A DNA stretch of 64,000 bases from an uncultured bacterium (GTDB lineage Bacteria > Patescibacteriota > CPR2 > UBA1875 > CAIMLA01), in the NCBI GenBank assembly GCA_903842085.1, contig CAIMLA010000050.1, positions 5,133 to 69,132 on the forward strand, read 5' to 3'. The position numbers and the translations under genes were made by a program. The notes beneath the pieces were generated by a model. It saw only the letters and a program-made list of their open reading frames with translations. It made no database searches and was not told where the DNA came from. Positions 20,559-30,334 of the stretch are shown piece after piece (the first letter of the stretch is position 1; each line of letters begins with the position of its first letter).

Positions 20559-21119
20559 CTATATCTCCATCAACTCTTTTTCTTTTTTCGCCAGAATCTC
20601 TTCAATTTTATGATTTGCTTTATCGACTTCCTCTTGTATCCGATGTTCGCCTCGATACATTTCGTCTTCTCCGATAACGCCGTCAACCTTTAGTTTTTTT
20701 ATTATGTTCCATGATTCTGTCCGTGAAGTTCTAATTGAAACCTTGGCTTCTTCGGCTTTTTCCTTGGTCACTTTGATAATATCTTTCCGTCTTTCTTCTG
20801 TTAGTTCAGGAATGATCACTCTAACTGAATCGCCATTGTTCACTGGACTAAAGCCTAAATTAGAATTTCTGATGGCGGACTCGATTTGTCCCGTCGCGCC
20901 CTTGTCCCATGGCTGAATTAGAATCTGTCTTGGCTCTGGGATTGTGATACTTGCGATTTGCTTGATTGATTGCTTTGAACCGTACAAGTCTACCAAGATG
21001 GTGTCTACTAAATTAGCAGAAGCTCTACCCGTATGAATGGTCGCGAGCTCATCTTCAAAATGGTTAATAGAACCTTCAAGCTTGGGACCCAGATCCTTTA
21101 GTATATTCTCAACTGACAT
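20559..21119 (-). CDS. frr: Ribosome recycling factor
   Basis: TGRAS, IQPWD, PELTEERR, KEKELM. Confidence 0.96.
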   Translation of the reverse strand: MSVENILKDLGPKLEGSINHFEDELATIHTGRASANLVDTILVDLYGSKQSIKQIASITIPEPRQILIQPWDKGATGQIESAIRNSNLGFSPVNNGDSVRVIIPELTEERRKDIIKVTKEKAEEAKVSIRTSRTESWNIIKKLKVDGVIGEDEMYRGEHRIQEEVDKANHKIEEILAKKEKELMEI

Positions 21120-21128
21120 ATTTCCTCC

Positions 21129-21719
21129 TTAGTTACCTAATTCAAATCTAGAGAACCTTCGAATCGATATTTTTTCACCAATCGCGGCTGTTTTTTCATT
21201 AAGCATATCTTGAATCGTGATGCTAGAGTCTTTGATATATGGTTGTTCCAATAGACAAACTGTCGCAAAATACTTGTCTATCTTTCCTTTTAGAATTTTT
21301 TCGGTGATCTCTTGTGACTTCTGCTCTCCCCCTAGCTTCGCTAGCTCAATCTCTTTTTCTTTCTCGATGATGTCAGCCGGGACGTCTTTTCTCGAAATGT
21401 AGAGTGGTGCGGCGGCGACAACATGCATAACTAGTTCTTGAGCTAATTCCTTAAACTTGTCGTTCCTGGCCACAAAATCAGTTTCAGAATTTAATTCTAG
21501 TAAGGCCCCTATTCTTTCTCCATGGATGTAGGAGACGATTAAACCTTGTTTTGCTTCCCGGTCCGCCCTTTTAGCAGCGGTAGCTGCGCCTTTTTTTCTT
21601 AAAACCTCAATGGCCTTATCAAAATTACCCTTTGTTTCTTCAAGAGCATTTTTACAGTCCATCATCCCCACCCCAGTCATATCTCTTAATTTTGCAATGT
21701 CTTTCATGTTAGCTGGCAT
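21129..21719 (-). CDS. tsf: Elongation factor Ts (short form)
   Basis: LRDMTGVGMMDCK, ETDFVAR, LLEQPYIKD, IGEKISIRRF; start 21719 by AAGGAG SD. Confidence 0.96.
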   Translation of the reverse strand: MPANMKDIAKLRDMTGVGMMDCKNALEETKGNFDKAIEVLRKKGAATAAKRADREAKQGLIVSYIHGERIGALLELNSETDFVARNDKFKELAQELVMHVVAAAPLYISRKDVPADIIEKEKEIELAKLGGEQKSQEITEKILKGKIDKYFATVCLLEQPYIKDSSITIQDMLNEKTAAIGEKISIRRFSRFELGN

Positions 21720-22416
21720 TGTCATTCTCCTTATTATCTTTTATTATTGGCTTTGCCTTATTAATGACCTCTGCCATTTCTGTCGCAAAAAATTGGATTG
21801 ATTTAAGAGCATCGTCGTTTCCTGGTATCACGTAGTCTATATTGCTGGGATTCCCGTTGGTATCGACCACAGCCACAATTGGAATGCCAAGCTTATTGGC
21901 TTCCTTAACCGCGGTATTTTCTTTAATAACATCGATTATAAAAATTGCTTCAGGCTGTTTTTCAAGCTTACTAATTCCACCGAGGTTTTCGGATATTTTG
22001 TCCGCCTTTTTACTCGCCACAAGTAATTGTTTTTTAGTGGCAAAGGCCTTTTTTTCAATCTGGTCTTGGATCGCTTTTAGGGTTTTAATCCTCTTAAAAA
22101 AGGTATCAAAATTAGTAAGCATTCCTCCTAACCATCGCTCCGTCACATATGGCATGCCGCATGACTCAGCGGCTTCCTTGACTATTGCCTGTGCTTGCTT
22201 TTTTGTCCCGACAAATAAAATTAATCCATTTTTTTCGATGACACTTTCAACAAACTTTTCTGCAATTGTCAGCTGTTCATCCGTTTTTACCAAATCAAAA
22301 ATATGGACATTGCCTCTTTCCGTAAAAATAAAAGGGTCCATTTTTGGATTCCACCGTGATTTCTGATGGCCAAAATGAACACCTGCCTCGAGCATTTTTT
22401 TTATTCTAGATTCCAT
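21709..22416 (-). CDS. rpsB: 30S ribosomal protein S2
   Basis: EAGVHFGH, RWLGGMLTNF, IPGNDD. Confidence 0.98.
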   Translation of the reverse strand: MESRIKKMLEAGVHFGHQKSRWNPKMDPFIFTERGNVHIFDLVKTDEQLTIAEKFVESVIEKNGLILFVGTKKQAQAIVKEAAESCGMPYVTERWLGGMLTNFDTFFKRIKTLKAIQDQIEKKAFATKKQLLVASKKADKISENLGGISKLEKQPEAIFIIDVIKENTAVKEANKLGIPIVAVVDTNGNPSNIDYVIPGNDDALKSIQFFATEMAEVINKAKPIIKDNKENDNAS

Positions 22417-22419
22417 TTA

Positions 22420-22502
22420 ACTCCTTTTCTCCGTTTAGACGGACCGCCGTTTCTATCTGTCTTGACTTTCTGTCAGGAGTAACTAAGTTAGAAACGTGTG
22501 AA
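22420..22502 (-). promoter_or_regulatory. Structured rpsB 5' leader (putative S2 autoregulatory element)
   Basis: Minus strand CACAC, then a stem CGTTTCTA/TAGAAACG enclosing TGAC-AGAAA-GTCA, then TCCGT-CTAA-ACGGA next to the AAGGAG SD. Confidence 0.55.
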
Positions 22503-22612
22503 TTTATTTTGCGAATCTAATCTTACCAAATGAACAATAAACAGTCAATCTTAATTTACTATTGAAAATATTTTATTTTTAGGATAGAATTACTTTACTT
22601 AAGGATAATGAT

Positions 22613-22960
22613 ATGAAAGATAAGATTCATCCAAAATACGAAAAATCGATTGTCAGCTGCTCCTGCGGCAACACTTTTGAGACAAAATCTACAGTACCAG
22701 AGATCAGTATTGATATTTGTTCTGTGTGTCATCCATTTTACACTGGCAAGCAAAAGCTCGTCGATACGGCTGGCAGAGTCGATAAGTTTAGGTCAAGATT
22801 ACAGAAGATGGAAGAACTTAAAAACTCTTCTCCTAAGCAGAAAGCAACTCCAAAAAAAGACTTATCAGTCAAAAAAGAGAAGAAGATTGAAACCATCGCT
22901 GATATAAAAAAAGAACTTGAAGTAGAAACTATCGACGCCGACGTCCTGAATAATAAGTAA
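22613..22960 (+). CDS. rpmE: 50S ribosomal protein L31 (zinc-binding type) with C-terminal extension
   Basis: [29 protein letters not shown]. Confidence 0.96.
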   Translation: MKDKIHPKYEKSIVSCSCGNTFETKSTVPEISIDICSVCHPFYTGKQKLVDTAGRVDKFRSRLQKMEELKNSSPKQKATPKKDLSVKKEKKIETIADIKKELEVETIDADVLNNK

Positions 22961-23010
22961 CAAACCACTAGCGCTCGCAATTTGTTATGATTGAGCGCTA
23001 TAATTGTTTT

Positions 23011-24087
23011 ATGGATATAGAAAAAAAATACAGCGCCATTAAAGAAGATTTAAGGGAAACCGAGCAATTGCTTGCTGATCCCAATATTTTTAGTAACACA
23101 AAAAAGCTGACCGACCTAAACCGACATCGAAATTCTCTAACTAGTCAATTAAAACTTTTCTCTGATCTTGAAATTGTCGAAAGAGAACTAAGCGAAGCTC
23201 AATCTATTGCTGAGGATGCAGGTGACCCTGGACTAGTGGCCATGGCAAATGAGGAACTTAGGGTCAAGAAAGAACAAAGGGAATTATTAATAAAAAATAT
23301 TGAGATCGAACTTTTACCAAAGGATGAGAAAGACTCAAAAAATATTATTCTAGAAATACGAGCGGGTGCGGGCGGTGATGAAGCCGCTTTGTTCGCTGCT
23401 GAATTATTCAGAATGTACGTCAGTTATGCTGAAAATAGAAAATGGAAGGTCAATATTCTAGATTCACACCAAAATGAAATTGGGGGCTATAAAGAAGTAA
23501 TTTTTGAGATCATCGGTGAGAATGTTTATCATTATTTAAAATATGAAAGTGGCGTCCATAGAGTTCAACGGATTCCCGAAACCGAATCAGGTGGGCGAAT
23601 TCACACTTCAACCGTTACCGTTGCCGTTCTCCCTGAAGCCGAAGAGATTGATCTAAAGATAGAACAAAATGAAATCAGAATCGATGTCTTCCGATCTAGC
23701 GGACCAGGCGGGCAAAGCGTCAATACCACTGATTCAGCCGTAAGAATAACCCATCTTCCAAGTGGTCTCATTGTTTCATGCCAAGATGAAAAATCACAAA
23801 TCAAGAACAGAGATAAGGCGATGAACATCCTGCGATCACGATTACTCGCCCTTAAGGAGGAAGAAGAAGCAAAAAAACGAGGTGACGCTAGACGACTTCA
23901 GATCGGGACTGGTGACAGAAGCGAGAAAATCCGAACCTATAACTTTCCTCAGGATCGAATAACCGATCACAGAATAACTTTTTCGCTTCATAATTTACCC
24001 AATTTTATGTCTGGCGATATCGATGAGATGATTAACCGATTGATCGAAGTTGATCGCGACGAGGCCTTGAAAAATTTAGATAAATAA
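23011..24087 (+). CDS. prfA: Peptide chain release factor 1
   Basis: PET anticodon-mimic motif (RIPETE), [12 protein letters not shown]; likely start ATG 23011, 6 nt after TATAAT. Confidence 0.96.
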   Translation: MDIEKKYSAIKEDLRETEQLLADPNIFSNTKKLTDLNRHRNSLTSQLKLFSDLEIVERELSEAQSIAEDAGDPGLVAMANEELRVKKEQRELLIKNIEIELLPKDEKDSKNIILEIRAGAGGDEAALFAAELFRMYVSYAENRKWKVNILDSHQNEIGGYKEVIFEIIGENVYHYLKYESGVHRVQRIPETESGGRIHTSTVTVAVLPEAEEIDLKIEQNEIRIDVFRSSGPGGQSVNTTDSAVRITHLPSGLIVSCQDEKSQIKNRDKAMNILRSRLLALKEEEEAKKRGDARRLQIGTGDRSEKIRTYNFPQDRITDHRITFSLHNLPNFMSGDIDEMINRLIEVDRDEALKNLDK

Positions 24088-24125
24088 TCAATCAGTCTCT
24101 CTTTAGTGACGGCTCGATTAAAGTT

Positions 24126-25289
24126 TTATTTTGCTTCGGTTAAAGTAACTTCGGTTGTTTCTGGTTTATTGTCTCTTAAATAACTAATTTTTACTTTATC
24201 GCCAACCTTATATTTAGCAATAATGCTTGATAACGACTGACTACTGGTTATCTTGTTATCACCAATTTTGGTCACAATGTCATCATTCTTAAGCCCAGCT
24301 TTAGCCGCCGGACTTCCGGGGATCACTCCAAGCTCAGTTCTGCTACCGTAAATGTAGGCCCCTTCTGTAACTGGTAAGTTATTGCTGGCCGCAAATTCTT
24401 TTGTGATCGGGATGTATCTAATGCCAAGCATGGGTCTTGTTATTTTTCCTTTACTAATCACACTCTCGACATCTGCCTTGGCGGTATTTATTGGGATGGC
24501 AAAACCGATTGACTGGCCATTTTGATCAATGGCCGTATTAATTCCAATCACCTGCCCCGCTAGATTCACTAAGGGACCGCCTGAATTTCCCGGGTTAATG
24601 GCCGCATCGGTTTGAATAACATTTTCTAGGGATTCAGAACTGCCGCTTGAGCTATCCCCTGCTTCGATTGCTCTTCCAACCGCGCTAACGACTCCTGTCG
24701 TCACCGTATTTTGGTATTGACCAAGAGCATTCCCAATTGCAACCACTGATTGTCCAACCTGAATATTGTCAGAGTTACCAAGTTCGGCGATAGGCAAATT
24801 ATTGGCCTCAATTTTCAAAAACGCAATATCATTAGTCGGATCGATTGCTTTGATGACCGCTTTGTATTCTTTTCCATCATTCGTAAAAACACTATAGGCC
24901 GAATTTTCTGAGCTCACGACATGCTTATTTGTAATAATTAAGCCATCTTTCTCAATAATAAAGCCCGTTCCAGAGCTTTTCGAATTGCCCGTATTCCCAA
25001 AAAAATCCACTGTCTTAGTCTCCCCGGTGATACTGACGACGGCTGGTCCGACTTTTTTTACGGCATCTATTATGGCCGAATTCTCAACAACATTTTGTCT
25101 AATTGTCTTGTTCAAAACGCTTCCGCCATTTTGACTTCTATAGTCCAGATAAACAAAAGAGCCGAAGACTCCTCCCATTACCCCGACCAAAAAAATTATT
25201 ATTACATACAAAATTCGATTGTCTTTGTTTTTTTTATCGACTTTTTTTAGGGTTTTTTCAGCCTGAGACTTTTCATTTGTTTCTTCCAT
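24126..25289 (-). CDS. htrA: HtrA/DegP-family serine protease with one PDZ domain
   Basis: TM anchor, TNKHVV, DIA, GNSGGPL, PDZ. Confidence 0.95.
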   Translation of the reverse strand: MEETNEKSQAEKTLKKVDKKNKDNRILYVIIIFLVGVMGGVFGSFVYLDYRSQNGGSVLNKTIRQNVVENSAIIDAVKKVGPAVVSITGETKTVDFFGNTGNSKSSGTGFIIEKDGLIITNKHVVSSENSAYSVFTNDGKEYKAVIKAIDPTNDIAFLKIEANNLPIAELGNSDNIQVGQSVVAIGNALGQYQNTVTTGVVSAVGRAIEAGDSSSGSSESLENVIQTDAAINPGNSGGPLVNLAGQVIGINTAIDQNGQSIGFAIPINTAKADVESVISKGKITRPMLGIRYIPITKEFAASNNLPVTEGAYIYGSRTELGVIPGSPAAKAGLKNDDIVTKIGDNKITSSQSLSSIIAKYKVGDKVKISYLRDNKPETTEVTLTEAK

Positions 25290-25296
25290 TTTCCTC

Positions 25297-26133
25297 CTAA
25301 ATTTGTGGTAGCCACTTAGCTGATACGAAAAGTATTGTTAAAAACAATACGGTAAATACGATATATTCTATAATAACATTTTTTGTCAAACTTTTTTCGG
25401 CCTTGTGCGAAACTATTCCCCAGGAAAAATAAAAGATTATGGAAAGAATAACCGCCGGTAATGGTGTTCCCAGTAAAGAGGCTTTCTCAAAATTTACGTA
25501 AATTGGATAATTAATAATCCAGATAGAAGAGACCCAGGCTATTTCCATCCCCAACAAGGCGATTACGATATTATAAGGTAAAAATTTCTTTTGATTTATC
25601 CCGTTTTCCCAGGCTAGAAAATATGATATTAAGAAAAATATACCACCGGTAATCAAAACAACGGCGGACAAGGGTAAACTGATTTTGGAGTCAACACTGC
25701 TCGTAATGTACAATTTAAAAAGAACCGATAAATTGAAGAAAATAGACAAAATTGAGACGCTCACTAACAAATTTCTTTGAGTTTTGGCGGCCCTGTCTTC
25801 CAAATTAAAGACCCGTCTTAAGGCAACAAATAGCAAGTAGTTTATAATGCCGAAGATAACTAATATGGCAAACCTGACGATATCGACAGAGAGTGATTGA
25901 ATGTATAGAATCCCCCCGAAATTAAACAGGACTGGTAGCAACAAAAATTTCAGGCTTTCTACGATTTCTTTTTTGACGTATTTGACTTTAAAAAAATAAC
26001 GCAGGGTGGCAATTATAGTTATCAGCATCGTCATTAGTAGCCAACCTAACAAATTAGGATAGATGACTACTAAAAGTTGTTGAAGGGAAAGTATTAAAGC
26101 AATTACAAGAGATTTTTTTTGGATTGAATTCAT
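25297..26133 (-). CDS. Multi-pass membrane hypothetical protein
   Basis: About 8 hydrophobic segments; overlaps the LCP stop by 4 nt (translational coupling). Confidence 0.75.
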   Translation of the reverse strand: MNSIQKKSLVIALILSLQQLLVVIYPNLLGWLLMTMLITIIATLRYFFKVKYVKKEIVESLKFLLLPVLFNFGGILYIQSLSVDIVRFAILVIFGIINYLLFVALRRVFNLEDRAAKTQRNLLVSVSILSIFFNLSVLFKLYITSSVDSKISLPLSAVVLITGGIFFLISYFLAWENGINQKKFLPYNIVIALLGMEIAWVSSIWIINYPIYVNFEKASLLGTPLPAVILSIIFYFSWGIVSHKAEKSLTKNVIIEYIVFTVLFLTILFVSAKWLPQI

Positions 26134-27503
26134 TTTACCTTGTAATCATTACCGATAATCACTTCTATATCATTATCGCTATATTCACCCGTCTTTTTTT
26201 CTGATTTGACGTTAAAGTATTTTTCTAAGGCCGCAATGGTCTTGGGTTTGGCTCCATTAGTGTAATCATAGATGACGGTGGTGGGATAGGTTAGGGTCTG
26301 TGCCGAACCAACATATTGAATATTATAATCAAGCGCTTTTAAGCTTTCCGAGGCCTTCGTGGCTAAGCCAGCCGTTGTGGTGCCGTTATAAACCGCCAGC
26401 GAAGCCGCTTCATTGGCGATAGATTGATCTTTAAAAATATTTTTTGCCATCGCTCTGATGGCAGTATATTCACCTAGCCCTAGTTTTGGAATCAAAGTAT
26501 AGCCGGCCTGTGGGTAGCTCCCCGCAATTAATAACCCATTGGCTGAGTTATCTAGGACGCGGTTCACGATTTTGCTACTATCAATCGTTTTCCCTATTTC
26601 AACCAATCTTTGAATTTCATTTGTTTTGAAATCAGTTTTGATATGATCTCCAGTAATCTGGATGATTTCTGCAATTTTCTTTGGATTAGTCAGGGTCGAG
26701 GTCGTTAAGAGTTTTTCTTTAAGCGCAACCAAAACTTGTTGCTGTCTCTTCGCTCTATCAAAGTCGCTTGTAGTCTCTCGAGATCGCGCATATTTCAAGG
26801 CCAAGGCCCCATCCATGTGGTGAACCCCCTGGGTGATGCTGAGTGTTCCGTCCGGATACAATGGATCATAGAGGTCTTTCTCTACATTAATGTCAACACC
26901 CCCGACAGCGTCGATGAGCTTAGAAAAACCCGTGAAATCAGCTCTAACGTAATAATGGATTGGCAAGTCCAGGACAGTACTGATTGTCTCGCTGGCAAGC
27001 TGTGGTCCACCCCCAGGATACTTATTTTGTTCACCATAGGCATGGGCGGCATTTATTTTTGAATAACCATTATCGCCAATTTTTACGTATAAGTCTCTTG
27101 GGATTGAGATCATGGCCACATTTTTTGTGGCAACATCATAACTCATAACCATGATTGTATCAGACAACGTCGCCCCATCATGGCCTTCGTCACCAACACC
27201 TAAAACTAAAATGTTGACTCTGCCCGAGCTCTCACCTTTTAACGGTTTTTTATCCAGTAGGCCCAATAAGCCCGGCGCACTTTCAACCGCAAAGATATTC
27301 TTCATCGCTTGATAAGAAATCCAACCAAAATAACCAATAATTCCTAGGACAATTACCAGGATTGATAGAATAATTATTCTCTTGATTTTTCTTTTCTTTC
27401 TTTTCTTCTTGAAATTAACAGTTGTCTTATCTGATTTTGTCTTCATTGGTTCACTCACCGTCTTGACACTGCTTTCTATTTCTTCGATTGATAATTTCTT
27501 CAT
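26130..27503 (-). CDS. LCP (LytR-CpsA-Psr) family glycopolymer transferase with LytR_C domain
   Basis: NILVLG, SDTIMV, SIPRDLYV, KINAAH, ARSR, DFDRAKRQQ, VYNGT...GLA; likely start ATG 27503. Confidence 0.93.
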   Translation of the reverse strand: MKKLSIEEIESSVKTVSEPMKTKSDKTTVNFKKKRKKRKIKRIIILSILVIVLGIIGYFGWISYQAMKNIFAVESAPGLLGLLDKKPLKGESSGRVNILVLGVGDEGHDGATLSDTIMVMSYDVATKNVAMISIPRDLYVKIGDNGYSKINAAHAYGEQNKYPGGGPQLASETISTVLDLPIHYYVRADFTGFSKLIDAVGGVDINVEKDLYDPLYPDGTLSITQGVHHMDGALALKYARSRETTSDFDRAKRQQQVLVALKEKLLTTSTLTNPKKIAEIIQITGDHIKTDFKTNEIQRLVEIGKTIDSSKIVNRVLDNSANGLLIAGSYPQAGYTLIPKLGLGEYTAIRAMAKNIFKDQSIANEAASLAVYNGTTTAGLATKASESLKALDYNIQYVGSAQTLTYPTTVIYDYTNGAKPKTIAALEKYFNVKSEKKTGEYSDNDIEVIIGNDYKVK

Positions 27504-27585
27504 ACCTTTTTTTATTAACCAAATAAAATTATATACGAAAAAGTGATTGTCAGCCAAGGGTTTTTTTCGTTATAATACTTTTACT

Positions 27586-28233
27586 GTGACAGATAGCCCA
27601 AAAGATACAAAATCGAATATAGTAGAAACCCTTAATCTAGGTTACTGGCTGGACATCTTAAAAACAATCCTAATCGTGGGTTTCTTTGTTCTGTTTTTTC
27701 GTTTTTTTATTATTCAACCATATTATATTTTAGGTTCTAGCATGGAGCCTGATTATCACAATGGTGAATATTTGTTTATTGACGAAATCAGTTATCGTTT
27801 TGCTCAGCCTTCAAGGGGTGATGTTATTGTCTTGCGCCATCCTGATGATGCTTGTATCTCCTATATTGAATCTAGCCAAATAATGAAAACTTTTTTCCAA
27901 GGTCCTTGCAAGAATTATATAAAAAGAATCGTCGGTCTACCTGGTGAAACCGTTAAAATAGAGTCAGGGAAAGTTTATATTATCAACAAAGAAAACCCTA
28001 AAGGTTTTGTCTTAAATGAATCATATATTGAACCCGGGACGCCAACTCTTGGTGATCAAACGGTGACCGTTGGAGAAAATGAATACTTTGTTTTAGGTGA
28101 TAACCGAAAACCCAATGCTAGCTCTGATTCCCGAGATTGGGGTTTACTGAATAAAAAATATATTGTCGGCAAGGGTTGGTTGATGGTCTTACCTTTAAGT
28201 GACTTTGGTTTAATTAAAAATCCGAGTTATTAA
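27586..28233 (+). CDS. lepB: Signal peptidase I
   Basis: GSSMEP (catalytic Ser), RGDVIV, YIKRIVGLPGE (Lys), GDNR..SSDSR; likely start GTG 27586 after TTGTCA-18-TATAAT. Confidence 0.95.
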   Translation: MTDSPKDTKSNIVETLNLGYWLDILKTILIVGFFVLFFRFFIIQPYYILGSSMEPDYHNGEYLFIDEISYRFAQPSRGDVIVLRHPDDACISYIESSQIMKTFFQGPCKNYIKRIVGLPGETVKIESGKVYIINKENPKGFVLNESYIEPGTPTLGDQTVTVGENEYFVLGDNRKPNASSDSRDWGLLNKKYIVGKGWLMVLPLSDFGLIKNPSY

Positions 28234-29096
28234 TGGCCCAGAAGTCTTCTGTAAATTCTTTCTAAATCCTCAAAGTTATAATAATCGATGATAATTTGGC
28301 CACCGTGCTTTTTATTTTTTATGGTCACTTTTGTTCCCATCTTTTCAGAAATTCTTTTCTCGGCGGCCGCAAAATTAGGATCTTTGGGACGATCATTGTT
28401 CTCCCCTGTTTTTTCGTTAAACTTCTTTTTTTCGGCTTGACGAACCGTTATTTTGCCTGACTTTATTTCACGAAACAAGGCCAGCTGTTGGTCCTTGTTC
28501 TCAATATTAAGTAACGTCCTGGCGTGACCTTCTGAAATTTCATTATTAATGAGAGCTTGTTTTATCTCTCCAGGTAACAAGAGCAGTCTGATTGTATTAG
28601 CGATCGTTGGTCTGGCTTTTCCGACTTTTTTAGCCACCTCTTCTTGGGTAAGAGAAAATTCATCCGTTAGCCTCTTATAAGAAACTGCCGCCTCAATCGG
28701 ATTAAGGTTTTCTCTTTGAACGTTCTCAATTAAAGCCACCTCGAGCTTTGATTGTTCATCCATTGATCGAATAATGACTGGCACTGTTTTTAGTCCAGCG
28801 ATCCTGGCCGCTCGGTATCTTCGTTCACCTGCGATCAATTGGAACCCATCATTGAAGGGCGCGACCAGTAATGGTTGCAAGATCCCATGTTCCCGAATCG
28901 ATGAGGCCAATTCAGCGAGGGCGACTTCATCAAAGTTTTGTCGAGGTTGATTCGGGTTTTGAACTATCTGGTCAATTGAAATTTCATTATTTGTTTTTTG
29001 TTGACCAGCCTCATCCTGTCCGGTTGGTATTAATGAGTCCAAGCCTCTTCCTAGACCATGCTTTATGATATTCTTGTCATCTTTTACGGTTTGCAT
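28230..29096 (-). CDS. parB: Chromosome partitioning protein ParB/Spo0J
   Basis: GLGRGL, NPNQPR, GERRYRA, ENVQRE, HTH, GHAR. Confidence 0.97.
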   Translation of the reverse strand: MQTVKDDKNIIKHGLGRGLDSLIPTGQDEAGQQKTNNEISIDQIVQNPNQPRQNFDEVALAELASSIREHGILQPLLVAPFNDGFQLIAGERRYRAARIAGLKTVPVIIRSMDEQSKLEVALIENVQRENLNPIEAAVSYKRLTDEFSLTQEEVAKKVGKARPTIANTIRLLLLPGEIKQALINNEISEGHARTLLNIENKDQQLALFREIKSGKITVRQAEKKKFNEKTGENNDRPKDPNFAAAEKRISEKMGTKVTIKNKKHGGQIIIDYYNFEDLERIYRRLLGH

Positions 29097-29851
29097 TTCT
29101 TATGAACCTCCTTCGCGAGTGATTTATAGGCATTAGCGCCCTTTCCAAAGCGGTCATATTGGTAAATGACCTTTCCATATGATGGGGCTTCTGCCAGTCT
29201 TATATTCCTTGGTATTATTGTCTCGAAAACTTTATTCGGGAAGTGCTTCTTTACTTCCTCTTCAACTTGCCTGGAGAGAAGTGTATTTTTATTATACATT
29301 GTTAGAAGCACGCCGAGTAATGATAGTTTTGGATTGAGACTAACTCTAATCCTCTGAACGGTGTGCAGCAGTTGACTCAGTCCTTCAAGGGCATAAAACT
29401 CAGTCTGGACTGGTATGAGGATGTAGTCAGACCCAACCAAACCATTGACCGTCAATATGCCTAGAGAAGGTGGGCAATCGATAATAATGTAGTCATACTC
29501 ATGCTTAATTTTTTCTATTGATTGTTTTAAGCGGTGTTCTCTCGCTAAATGGCTAACCAGCTCGACCTCTGCGGCGGCTAAAACCATACTCGCCGGGGCT
29601 AGGTGTAATCGATCTGTGCTAGTCTCTAGCCTAATCTCCTGGATCGGAACCTCTCTTATCAAGACATCATACATGCTCTTCTCAACTAAATTTTTATCGA
29701 TACCCAGACCACTCGTTGAATTACCTTGTGGGTCGAGGTCAATCAATAAAACTTTCATGCCTTCACGAGCCAAATATCCGGAAAGATTGACTGTAGTGGT
29801 TGTTTTACCAACCCCGCCTTTTTGATTTGTTATTACAATTACTTGAGCCAT
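29084..29851 (-). CDS. parA: Chromosome partitioning ATPase ParA/Soj
   Basis: NQKGGVGKTT, DLDPQGN, DCPPSLG, EAPSYG. Confidence 0.97.
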   Translation of the reverse strand: MAQVIVITNQKGGVGKTTTTVNLSGYLAREGMKVLLIDLDPQGNSTSGLGIDKNLVEKSMYDVLIREVPIQEIRLETSTDRLHLAPASMVLAAAEVELVSHLAREHRLKQSIEKIKHEYDYIIIDCPPSLGILTVNGLVGSDYILIPVQTEFYALEGLSQLLHTVQRIRVSLNPKLSLLGVLLTMYNKNTLLSRQVEEEVKKHFPNKVFETIIPRNIRLAEAPSYGKVIYQYDRFGKGANAYKSLAKEVHKKCKP

Positions 29852-29916
29852 TAAGTGTAGTTTAGCAAAAAAATTGTTCTAGGACCATAAATAAATTATC
29901 TCCGTTAGGAGATAAT

Positions 29917-30276
29917 TTATTTCTTTTCAATTTTGACTATTTTTATTTGAGTGTATTTTTGTCTATGCCCAGTTTTAACCCGATAGTTTTTCTTAGCCTT
30001 ATACTTAAAAATTATCTGTTTATCCCCCTTGACAATATTATTGTAGATGGCCCGGACTTTTACATTTTCTAAAATAGGTTTACCAACTTCAATCTTCTCT
30101 CCGTCGGCGTATAATAAAACCTCGGAAAAAATGATTTCTTTGCCCTCTTCTCCTTCTACCAATTCTATTTCTAAGACATCATCTTCACTGACAATATACT
30201 GCTTACCACCAGTTTTTATGACTGCTAGTTTTTTATTCGCTTCTTTTTTAATTGTCGGTTGGGTTTCTTTTGCCAT
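29917..30276 (-). CDS. rplU: 50S ribosomal protein L21
   Basis: AVIKTGGKQY, GHRQKYT. Confidence 0.96.
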   Translation of the reverse strand: MAKETQPTIKKEANKKLAVIKTGGKQYIVSEDDVLEIELVEGEEGKEIIFSEVLLYADGEKIEVGKPILENVKVRAIYNNIVKGDKQIIFKYKAKKNYRVKTGHRQKYTQIKIVKIEKK

Positions 30277-30334
30277 AATATAATTTTAATAACGTTTTAG
30301 ATTTTATCATTTCTGCGAGTAATAATCAATAATA

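Noticed and set aside
28230-29915. parS sites or oriC near parAB
   Set aside because: No convincing TGTTTCACGTGAAACA-like palindrome seen (only poor partials near 28465, 29875 and 60876), no dnaA/dnaN, and no switch in gene orientation
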